A stretch of DNA of 46,880 nucleotides from Escherichia phage BEK2, in the sequence record MN158206.1; one strand, 5' to 3'. The notes beneath the pieces are model-generated. The model searched no databases and was not told the origin of the DNA. It saw only the letters and a program-made list of their open reading frames with translations. Positions within the stretch are counted from its first letter, which is position 1, and each line of letters opens with the position of its first letter. Shown piece by piece: positions 41,023 through 46,584 of this stretch. Made by a program: the position numbers and the translations under genes.

Positions 41023-41262
41023 TTAGTGCTGCTTTGCTGTGTAAAACTTCCAGTCATCCTGGACTTCAATCAATGTCCCGTTGGCTATCATTGCACTAAG
41101 GCTATCTTCAGTAAGGAGAGTTCTCAGCCAGGTATATTTGTTTCCTACGCGAACATTGCCACAGTTATTAAACACGCTACCGTTTACCAGCATCATCTCA
41201 ACGCCTTTTGAGCCAGGCTTAGTGAAGAGGCGTTTTTCTGTTTTAGTGGTCTGGATGCTCAT
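41023..41262 (-). CDS. hypothetical protein
   Basis: 79 aa, GGAG SD, first gene after P17. Confidence 0.55.
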   Translation of the reverse strand: MSIQTTKTEKRLFTKPGSKGVEMMLVNGSVFNNCGNVRVGNKYTWLRTLLTEDSLSAMIANGTLIEVQDDWKFYTAKQH

Positions 41263-41300
41263 TTTTATCTCCGGTGTGTTCGTTTCGTTTCGATGAAGTA

Positions 41301-41344
41301 ACTATACGCCATCCGTGGCGGTGAGTTTTAGCAATTCGTGCTAT
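41301..41344 (-). promoter_or_regulatory. box promoter cassette P17
   Basis: Minus strand: ATAGCACGAATTGCTAAA (41344-41327), a 22-nt spacer with a CGCCA/TGGCG hairpin, TATAGT (41306-41301), leader CATCGAAACGAAACG. The box encodes NSTNC plus a stop. Confidence 0.7.
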
Positions 41345-41633
41345 TGCGTTCGATGTATGCATTAATTTCTTCAGCAGTTTCCATTGCGGAGCGGAAAGCG
41401 CCTTTTGCGTGGCGAGAATCTCGGAATGACTGGAAAAATTTACGAGCAACGTTTGCGAACATCGCGCCAGTGATACGAGAATCACCGAAATTAGTTTCGA
41501 TTGAGTTACTGATGCCATCACGGAACTCATTCTCAGCCATGAACATCTCAGCCATTTCTGCGGTGGCGAAAAGGTCTGCCAGTGCTTGCATGTTTTCGTG
41601 GTCAGCTTTAGTGAAAAGGTTCATGTTAATCAT
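41328..41633 (-). CDS. hypothetical protein
   Basis: 101 aa, helical/acidic, GGAG SD. C-terminus NSTNC is encoded by the box. Confidence 0.6.
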   Translation of the reverse strand: MINMNLFTKADHENMQALADLFATAEMAEMFMAENEFRDGISNSIETNFGDSRITGAMFANVARKFFQSFRDSRHAKGAFRSAMETAEEINAYIERNSTNC

Positions 41634-41670
41634 TTTTGTGTCTCCGTGAGTTCTTCGTTTCGATGGAGTA

Positions 41671-41715
41671 ATAATAGCGAATCACACCCGATCGGTCATT
41701 AGCAAAAAGTGCTAT
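41671..41715 (-). promoter_or_regulatory. box promoter cassette P18
   Basis: Minus strand: ATAGCACTTTTTGCTAAT (41715-41698), 23-nt spacer, TATTAT (41676-41671), leader CCATCGAAACGAAG. Confidence 0.6.
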
Positions 41716-41728
41716 TCGTTAGATTTAT

Positions 41729-41816
41729 GGATTGTTGCAGATATTGCAATGATTCACATAATTATTGCACATACAGCAATATTGCTTCAGATGCAATGAT
41801 GTTTTTGATTGTTGCG
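41729..41816. repeat. cluster of ATTGCA/TGCAAT-type short repeats and palindromes
   Basis: GATTGTTGC x2 (41730, 41807), TGCAATGAT x2 (41745, 41792), palindromes ATTGCAAT (41744-41751) and GCAATATTGC (41776-41785). Non-coding. Confidence 0.7.
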
Positions 41817-41905
41817 AAAAGTGAAATGAAGTGGGGAGTGAGCGAATGAAAGATGGATGGACTACCATACAAGTTGATTTTGATTCTGGCTGGGCCATTT
41901 TCACG

Positions 41906-42231
41906 CCTACACGTAACGCCAGTAGCGCGATGTAAGCCAAGGCCAATCGTTACGTGAGTTACGCGCAGCTACGCCCGGACTTACACTATAAGTGCTTAAT
42001 ATATATATATATCTTCTTTCTATTATTATTATTAATATTAATATTATTGTATGTAAGTCGTGTAACGTGGGTCCTAGCGATATCTATATGTTTTTTCCTA
42101 TCAGAATACATTATTGCTATTTTATGTGGGATTTAGCCAGTATGGGGCCATTGCACTCATTTGCCTCGTTACACGCACGACACGAAACTACATTGAGCTA
42201 TAGCTGGGCTGGTGTGCCATTTCGCGTAACG
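41906..42231. repeat. non-coding iteron/AT-rich region B (homolog of 23321-23645)
   Basis: CGTAACG/CGTTACG copies at 41912, 41948, 41958, 42062, 42167, 42225. (TA)n at 41998-42012 and (TAT)n at 42021-42048. A 42-nt block (42189-42230) is 36/42 identical to 23603-23644. Confidence 0.8.
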
Positions 42232-42258
42232 ACCCCCAAAAGTTACCAAAAATTACAC

Positions 42259-42287
42259 TTGACTACATGTGTAAGTCGGGATATGAT
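42259..42287 (+). promoter_or_regulatory. sigma70-type promoter
   Basis: TTGACT (42259-42264), 17-nt spacer, TATGAT (42282-42287). No palindromic box. Confidence 0.65.
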
Positions 42288-42318
42288 GGACTCAACTTAA
42301 ACGAGAGGAGTGATAGAG

Positions 42319-42798
42319 ATGAACGAGAAGGTAACATTAGGCCAAGTGATTCGTGAGATGGTAAAGGCGGCGCTTAAGTCTGAGGATAAGCAGATCAGCG
42401 TGACACTCAACAAGATTGAGAGCCTTATTGGCGCAGAGGAGGGTGGTCTACATAAGCTTAAGAGCTCATACATCTATAATACAACGGCTCGCATGCCTGA
42501 GTTGAGAGATGCCGGACTGAAGGCGACCCACCATTATGATGAGGATGAGGGTGATAGTGAGTTTGGTGAAACCACTCTGGCTGGGGAAAAGAAGTTAGTT
42601 ATCAAGCTGATTCCTGGAGCTGCAAACATTGGAATCAGGAAGAAGACCAACGACGCGATCAAGGATGAGGCAATCAATGGGTTCAAGGCCAAGATTTCGA
42701 AGGTGATGCCAGACCTCTCTGAGTATGAGGGTGAAGCGCTTGCAGCCGCCATGAAGGCCATTAAGGATTACCGTTTAATTATTGAGGAGATTAAGTAA
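42319..42798 (+). CDS. hypothetical acidic protein
   Basis: 159 aa from ATG 42319 (GAGAGGAG SD). TAATG coupling to the truncated P-loop paralog. Confidence 0.6.
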   Translation: MNEKVTLGQVIREMVKAALKSEDKQISVTLNKIESLIGAEEGGLHKLKSSYIYNTTARMPELRDAGLKATHHYDEDEGDSEFGETTLAGEKKLVIKLIPGAANIGIRKKTNDAIKDEAINGFKAKISKVMPDLSEYEGEALAAAMKAIKDYRLIIEEIK

Positions 42799-43322
42799 TG
42801 TTTGACTTTAACGAGGATAAACTGACAGAAGAGCAGGTTATGCAAGTAGCCATGGCAGATAGCCTTCCACCACTACGTGTTGCAATCAGCGCTAACGGGT
42901 ATCGACAGTCAACGGCGTTTTGGGGTTCGATTGATACCTCAGAGGTGTATAGTGGTGATGAGCTTGGTGTACTGATTAAAATCATCAGGAAAATGGGAGT
43001 TAACGGCAAAGGAGTTGTCGGCATTAGGTCTCTATACGAAGGTGCTCGCAAGGTTAAGCCCTTTGAGGGTAGCAATGGAATCATGGCGCGTATTAAGGAT
43101 GAGCTCATCCCAGCTCTAGAGGAAATTAATATCGCTTGCCTAATTGGAGATAAGATTTATGTCCACCCAGCTATCATTGATGAGTACTGGCAACCCAACT
43201 TCAAAACTTACGAAGGTGAGCACCCCAGTAGACTACCACACCACTTGCGATACAGTGACGATGAGATAATAAAGGCGATTCGGTTCTACTGGGAAGCTAA
43301 ATCACTGCTTAGCGGCGGATAG
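42798..43322 (+). CDS. domain-deleted paralog of the 37883-39466 P-loop protein (N- and C-terminal modules only)
   Basis: First 42 aa are 32/42 identical to the full-length protein. NGKGVVGIRSLYEGARKVKPFE matches its C-terminal module. No Walker motifs. Unique 45-aa tail. Confidence 0.7.
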   Translation: MFDFNEDKLTEEQVMQVAMADSLPPLRVAISANGYRQSTAFWGSIDTSEVYSGDELGVLIKIIRKMGVNGKGVVGIRSLYEGARKVKPFEGSNGIMARIKDELIPALEEINIACLIGDKIYVHPAIIDEYWQPNFKTYEGEHPSRLPHHLRYSDDEIIKAIRFYWEAKSLLSGG

Positions 43323-43362
43323 CACGAATTGCTAAAAGGGGATTCATCCTGACTGGTATAAT
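43319..43362 (+). promoter_or_regulatory. box promoter cassette P19
   Basis: ATAGCACGAATTGCTAAA (43319-43336; stop TAG inside), 22-nt spacer, TGgTATAAT (-10 at 43357-43362). Confidence 0.7.
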
Positions 43363-43392
43363 CCCCACATCAACCACGCGAATGGAAGTTAA

Positions 43393-43524
43393 GTGACCAT
43401 ATACGAACATAGATTCAGCAGCAGGGGTATTGATATGCTTCTGCACTATATAGACGAAAAATACGCAAAGCTCATGCTTAAGACGCATGGCGGCACAATA
43501 ACGAGGATTAACAAAAATGGCTAA
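43393..43524 (+). CDS. possible micro-ORF
   Basis: 43 codons from GTG 43393, ending in a TAA that overlaps the next gene's start region. Weak SD; speculative. Confidence 0.25.
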   Translation: MTIYEHRFSSRGIDMLLHYIDEKYAKLMLKTHGGTITRINKNG

Positions 43525-44149
43525 AATTATCATTCTTAACGGACCCGCTTCTATTGGTAAGGACACTATTGGCAACGCGTTATGCTATGATTACCGATGC
43601 ATCAAAACCAGCCTTAAGCGTCCAATGTTTGAAATTGCCGAGTCAATCCTGGGGGTGGAGGCATTCAGTAAGTTCATCACGGCTTATGATGACCGAGATC
43701 AGAAAGAGATGCCTCAGAGCTTCCTTGGTGGCAAGACCTGCCGCGAGTTCATGATCTGGATTAGCGAAACGGTAGTCAAGCCTCTATTTGGCAACCAGCA
43801 ATTCGGTAAGCTGATGAGCGAACATATAAATCTGTGTGATGAAGGATTCACGTTCGTTTGCACTGATGGCGGGTTCACTGATGAAGTCATAAAGCTTGTT
43901 GAAGATGGTCACGATGTTACCGTTGTGCGTCTATTTATGGATGGCAAGACCTTCGCAGGCGATAGTCGTAATTACATCCACATTGAAGAATCTCAGTTCC
44001 ATTACTGCTCGTGGTATCAGGAGTGTGACGTGCATCTAATAAGTGGTGACATTGATGGCGGTGTCCTGGCGGTGGCTGAGGCTTGCGGTATTAGCTCATC
44101 AGTCCCAGAGGTTGATGTTTACGAGTGGGAAGATGGATTGCCCTGGTAA
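43517..44149 (+). CDS. P-loop kinase-like protein (possible dNMP kinase)
   Basis: N-terminal ILNGPASIGKDT Walker A, typical of small nucleotide/nucleoside kinases. GAGGA SD. Substrate not inferable. Confidence 0.5.
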   Translation: MAKIIILNGPASIGKDTIGNALCYDYRCIKTSLKRPMFEIAESILGVEAFSKFITAYDDRDQKEMPQSFLGGKTCREFMIWISETVVKPLFGNQQFGKLMSEHINLCDEGFTFVCTDGGFTDEVIKLVEDGHDVTVVRLFMDGKTFAGDSRNYIHIEESQFHYCSWYQECDVHLISGDIDGGVLAVAEACGISSSVPEVDVYEWEDGLPW

Positions 44150-44193
44150 ATAGCACTTTTTGCCTAACCCTCTTCGGAGGGTTTTGTTATAGT
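44150..44193 (+). promoter_or_regulatory. box promoter cassette P20 with nested terminator
   Basis: ATAGCACTTTTTGCCTAA (44150-44167), CCCTC-TTCG-GAGGG-TTTT (44168-44185), TATAGT (44188-44193), leader CATCGAAAGCAAAC. Confidence 0.6.
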
Positions 44194-44231
44194 TATCCCA
44201 TCGAAAGCAAACAACCAAACGGAGCTACAAA

Positions 44232-44324
44232 ATGATTTCTTTACTGATGATTATCCCTGCTGTTATCGCCCTGGGTCTGATGGTTAGTGCTGGTGAGTTC
44301 TACGTCCCAGTCAACAAGAAATAG
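44232..44324 (+). CDS. possible 30-aa membrane peptide
   Basis: MISLLMIIPAVIALGLMVSAGEFYVPVNKK. GGAG SD 8 nt upstream. Stop TAG lies inside the next box. Confidence 0.35.
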   Translation: MISLLMIIPAVIALGLMVSAGEFYVPVNKK

Positions 44325-44363
44325 CACGAAATGATAAGCCGCTCCGGCGGGTTTTGTTATAGT
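44321..44363 (+). promoter_or_regulatory. box promoter cassette P21 (degenerate right half) with nested terminator
   Basis: ATAGCACGAAATGATAAG (44321-44338), CCGC-TCCG-GCGG-GTTTT, TATAGT (44358-44363). Near-duplicate of P20. Confidence 0.5.
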
Positions 44364-44392
44364 TAGTTCACACCAAGCGAGAGGAAAGAGAA

Positions 44393-44485
44393 GTGAAGCA
44401 ATACCCATCAAGCAATCACCATAACGGTCACATCATGCAGTTCTATCGCCACAATCTGAAGACTAATGGAGTATTTGGAAAATGA
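44393..44485 (+). CDS. possible 30-aa peptide
   Basis: GTG start after GAGAGGAAAGAG. ATGA overlap with the next gene. Confidence 0.3.
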   Translation: MKQYPSSNHHNGHIMQFYRHNLKTNGVFGK

Positions 44486-44721
44486 TTACAATTAACCTGT
44501 CAGATAAAGACGCAGAAATGCTAAAGAGTATTATTATGAAACCAATGTACTCCACGCTCTCATTCGAGCAGATGCGAGTAGTGAAAGAAGTTGGCACACA
44601 GATTAATAATCAGCAGTTCGACGTTAGCGACTTCGATTCATCTCGTCAATACGAGTCGCTTAGCGTCAATGCTGCGTACATTGATAAAGCAGTATGGGAA
44701 AAGGCGAGAAATAAAAAATGA
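44482..44721 (+). CDS. hypothetical protein
   Basis: 79 aa, translationally coupled at both ends. Confidence 0.55.
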   Translation: MITINLSDKDAEMLKSIIMKPMYSTLSFEQMRVVKEVGTQINNQQFDVSDFDSSRQYESLSVNAAYIDKAVWEKARNKK

Positions 44722-44855
44722 TTTACATCCACACGTACTACACTGGTAAGTTTAATAGCGTTAAGCATGCTCGAGTTCACGATAGCTACGATAGTGCAAA
44801 GGCTCAATGGTTGGTTCTTGGTGGTGATATTAATTCATATAGAGTCGCTGAATAG
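44718..44855 (+). CDS. hypothetical micro-protein
   Basis: 45 aa. ATGA overlap upstream; stop TAG inside box P22. Confidence 0.45.
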   Translation: MIYIHTYYTGKFNSVKHARVHDSYDSAKAQWLVLGGDINSYRVAE

Positions 44856-44895
44856 CACTAATTGCTAAAACAGTATTGGGGTAATTTGTTATAGT
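44852..44895 (+). promoter_or_regulatory. box promoter cassette P22
   Basis: ATAGCACTAATTGCTAAA (44852-44869), 22-nt spacer, TATAGT (44890-44895), leader CATCGAAACGAACG (44901-44914). Confidence 0.7.
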
Positions 44896-44925
44896 TACCC
44901 CATCGAAACGAACGAGGAAGCAGAA

Positions 44926-45105
44926 ATGAAATTCCAACAAGGCGACCCCAAGCTCCAGGCCAACCACTTCGATGGCTACGCAACATTCATCATCGCCCAG
45001 GCATGCGGAATGTGTGAAGAGCCTCAGGTTCACACAATCCACTTAACCGAAGAGCAAGCCCGAGAGCTGGCTTACGAAATTCTAGAGCAATTGAACCGAA
45101 TTTAA
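44926..45105 (+). CDS. hypothetical small protein
   Basis: 59 aa, GAGGA SD, first gene after P22. Antisense ORF 44830-45042 rejected. Confidence 0.5.
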   Translation: MKFQQGDPKLQANHFDGYATFIIAQACGMCEEPQVHTIHLTEEQARELAYEILEQLNRI

Positions 45106-45156
45106 CGCGCCTAAAGCGCATTCTAACGAACGATAATTTAAGTAAGGTGATTCATC

Positions 45157-45288
45157 ATGGAAGTACAAGAAAGCCCAGTAGGGTGGTGTAAGAGAATGCA
45201 GGACGAAGCTAAGACTGGTGAAGAGGCAATGGCTTACTACGAACTGGCGCAAATGTGGATGGAACGGGAGAAGAAGAGAAATGACTAA
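45157..45288 (+). CDS. hypothetical micro-protein
   Basis: 43 aa, AAGGTGA SD. 8-nt overlap (ATGACTAA) with the next ORF. Confidence 0.4.
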   Translation: MEVQESPVGWCKRMQDEAKTGEEAMAYYELAQMWMEREKKRND

Positions 45289-45433
45289 CACTTGTGTATT
45301 TTTTTATGACGGTGAATTTATTGATGACTTAATCTACTTCAATGAAAAGTATGGCGACACATTCGAATGCGACGGCGACAATCTCGAGGTTCTGTCAACT
45401 TTCAATAGGGGTGGAAAAAATGAACTTCACTGA
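45281..45433 (+). CDS. hypothetical micro-protein
   Basis: 50 aa from the internal ATG of track ORF 45218-45433. Confidence 0.45.
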   Translation: MTNTCVFFYDGEFIDDLIYFNEKYGDTFECDGDNLEVLSTFNRGGKNELH

Positions 45434-45572
45434 ATATGTGATTGCATGTGAACGACTGGTTTTCGATATGAAGACTTTCCACTGGTTCATCATTAAGGAT
45501 CTAATTAAGCCTTATAAGCAATGCGTTACGCCAGAGGCATTTATAAAGAACTTCTATAGCACTAAAAGCTAA
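45420..45572 (+). CDS. hypothetical micro-protein
   Basis: 50 aa from ATG 45420 (GGGGTGG SD). The C-terminal YSTKS plus stop is encoded by box P23. Confidence 0.5.
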   Translation: MNFTEYVIACERLVFDMKTFHWFIIKDLIKPYKQCVTPEAFIKNFYSTKS

Positions 45573-45599
45573 ACGCAGTCGCCACGGATGGCATATAAT
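45556..45599 (+). promoter_or_regulatory. box promoter cassette P23 (variant right half)
   Basis: ATAGCACTAAAAGCTAAA (45556-45573), a 22-nt spacer with the same CGCCA/TGGC hairpin as P17, TATAAT (45594-45599). Confidence 0.6.
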
Positions 45600-45629
45600 T
45601 ACCATATCAAAACAAAGAGAGATTGAGAT

Positions 45630-45740
45630 ATGACAAGTTATGGTTCTTACACACTTGGTGAGCTATATGACGCTTATTACTCATGGGGTTCAGCATCAGA
45701 ATGCGATGCAGACACAAAGGCAGTAATAATTGAGGATTGA
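45630..45740 (+). CDS. possible micro-ORF
   Basis: 36 aa, weak SD, first ORF after P23. Confidence 0.35.
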   Translation: MTSYGSYTLGELYDAYYSWGSASECDADTKAVIIED

Positions 45741-45743
45741 GAT

Positions 45744-45983
45744 ATGTTCGGACTAAACGAGTCAATGTTCAATGCGGTAAAGCGCCAGGCTAAAAAGCTC
45801 AACGATAAGTATGAGTCATTAAGCAAACTGGAACGCAAGAATGATAAGTTTGTTGCGTGTGTAATCACTGAAGTTTGGGAGCCAGTTTCTACGGTAATCA
45901 GCAGAGATCGCTTTGTCTGGGTAGCTGGTTATTTGCGAGGCCGCGTTGGTCATGACGAGAATGGGGATAGTCTTTATGAGTGA
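45744..45983 (+). CDS. hypothetical protein
   Basis: 79 aa, GAGGA SD. Confidence 0.55.
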   Translation: MFGLNESMFNAVKRQAKKLNDKYESLSKLERKNDKFVACVITEVWEPVSTVISRDRFVWVAGYLRGRVGHDENGDSLYE

Positions 45984-46044
45984 ATTAACAATCTGGTTTA
46001 TCGCGGGGCTGATTGCTTGGGGTTACTTTATGGTGGTCGCATGA
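45976..46044 (+). CDS. possible 22-aa membrane peptide
   Basis: MSELTIWFIAGLIAWGYFMVVA bridges two genes with overlapping start/stop codons. Speculative. Confidence 0.25.
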   Translation: MSELTIWFIAGLIAWGYFMVVA

Positions 46045-46283
46045 GAACACTTAGGCAGATCTTGAACGGTTGCAAGAAGCATCATTATGTATTTAACAAG
46101 TCTAGAGTGCCCCAGGGTCGTATTGGTTGTGATGAGTACTTTTGCATAAAATGCTTGCACATAATTCACATAAACCATAGGCCATTAAGCTTAAGAAAGC
46201 CTAAGATAGAATCCCTATACGGATACCAGCCGAAAGATAGTGGACATATGTGGGTGATTGGAAAACCGCCAGTTAAACGGTAA
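46041..46283 (+). CDS. hypothetical protein (Cys-containing, possible zinc ribbon)
   Basis: 80 aa from ATG 46041. Contains GC...GCDEYFCIKC. Confidence 0.5.
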   Translation: MRTLRQILNGCKKHHYVFNKSRVPQGRIGCDEYFCIKCLHIIHINHRPLSLRKPKIESLYGYQPKDSGHMWVIGKPPVKR

Positions 46284-46297
46284 TTGTTAAAAAGAGC

Positions 46298-46326
46298 TTG
46301 CATCACTGACTGGAATTATCTAACAT
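46298..46326 (+). promoter_or_regulatory. sigma70-type promoter upstream of the tRNA
   Basis: TTGCAT (46298-46303), 17-nt spacer, TAACAT (46321-46326). Confidence 0.5.
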
Positions 46327-46492
46327 TAACCACGTAGACAAACGAGCCATCCAAGATGGAACGGCGCACGGAGCGCAACTACTAAGTCCGTTGCTCATTA
46401 TGTAGCTCATGCGGCATTAAGACCTAGCGCAAATAGGCATATTAACCGGCTGTATCAGGCAGCCCCGGAGCCGTAACCGGGACTCATTCAAA

Positions 46493-46569
46493 GCTCGAGT
46501 GGCGAAAGTGGATATCGCAAGAGACTTCTAATCTCTAGATTGCTGGTTCGAATCCAGCCTCGGGCGCCA
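46493..46569 (+). tRNA. tRNA-Arg (anticodon UCU), CCA encoded
   Basis: Hand-folded cloverleaf. Acceptor GCTCGAG/CTCGGGC (one G:U). D stem GCGA/TCGC. Anticodon stem AGAGA/TCTCT with loop CT-TCT-AA (anticodon at 46527-46529). 5-nt variable loop. T arm GCTGG-TTCGAAT-CCAGC. Discriminator G plus CCA. Confidence 0.9.
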
Positions 46570-46584
46570 ATAAAGGAGTTCATT

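Noticed and set aside
41013-41032. Left half of a box (AGCACTAAT, minus strand 41030-41022) at the stop codon of ORF 41023-41262
   Set aside because: The right half-site is degenerate and no -10 lies at the expected distance. Only a GCCGG/CCGGC hairpin follows. This is probably a remnant, not a functional cassette.
41725-41946. 73-aa minus-strand ORF with a Cys/Asn-rich tail
   Set aside because: The tail is the ATTGCA/TGCAAT repeat cluster translated. The start lies inside the iteron region, there is no SD, and it sits upstream of (not behind) promoter P18.
41954-42300. Two overlapping + strand ORFs (60 and 102 aa, Ile/Leu/Tyr-rich) across region B
   Set aside because: Same artefact as in region A. 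They span the AT-only run and the sigma70 promoter at 42259-42287.
42791-43108. Antisense ORFs 42791-43108 (-) and 39369-39722 (+) share ALIATR.GGRLSA...SLSSLKSNIT
   Set aside because: The similarity is a by-product of the paralogy of the sense genes (the MFDFNEDKL... N-termini) read on the opposite strand. It is not evidence for a conserved antisense gene.
504-45599. Idea that the conserved cassettes are promoters for a phage single-subunit (T7-like) RNA polymerase, prompted by the TATAG core
   Set aside because: No RNA polymerase gene exists in what appears to be the whole genome. The conserved parts are split (box at about -51 to -34 and -10 at -12 to -7) by 19-20 non-conserved nt, unlike the continuous -17 to +6 T7-type promoters. 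The hexamers are ordinary sigma70 -10 variants.
46333-46492. Possible second tRNA or tRNA-like element upstream of tRNA-Arg
   Set aside because: Hairpins are present, but I could not build a cloverleaf. There is no 7-bp acceptor pairing, no TTCRA T-loop, and the candidate anticodon loops lack U33.
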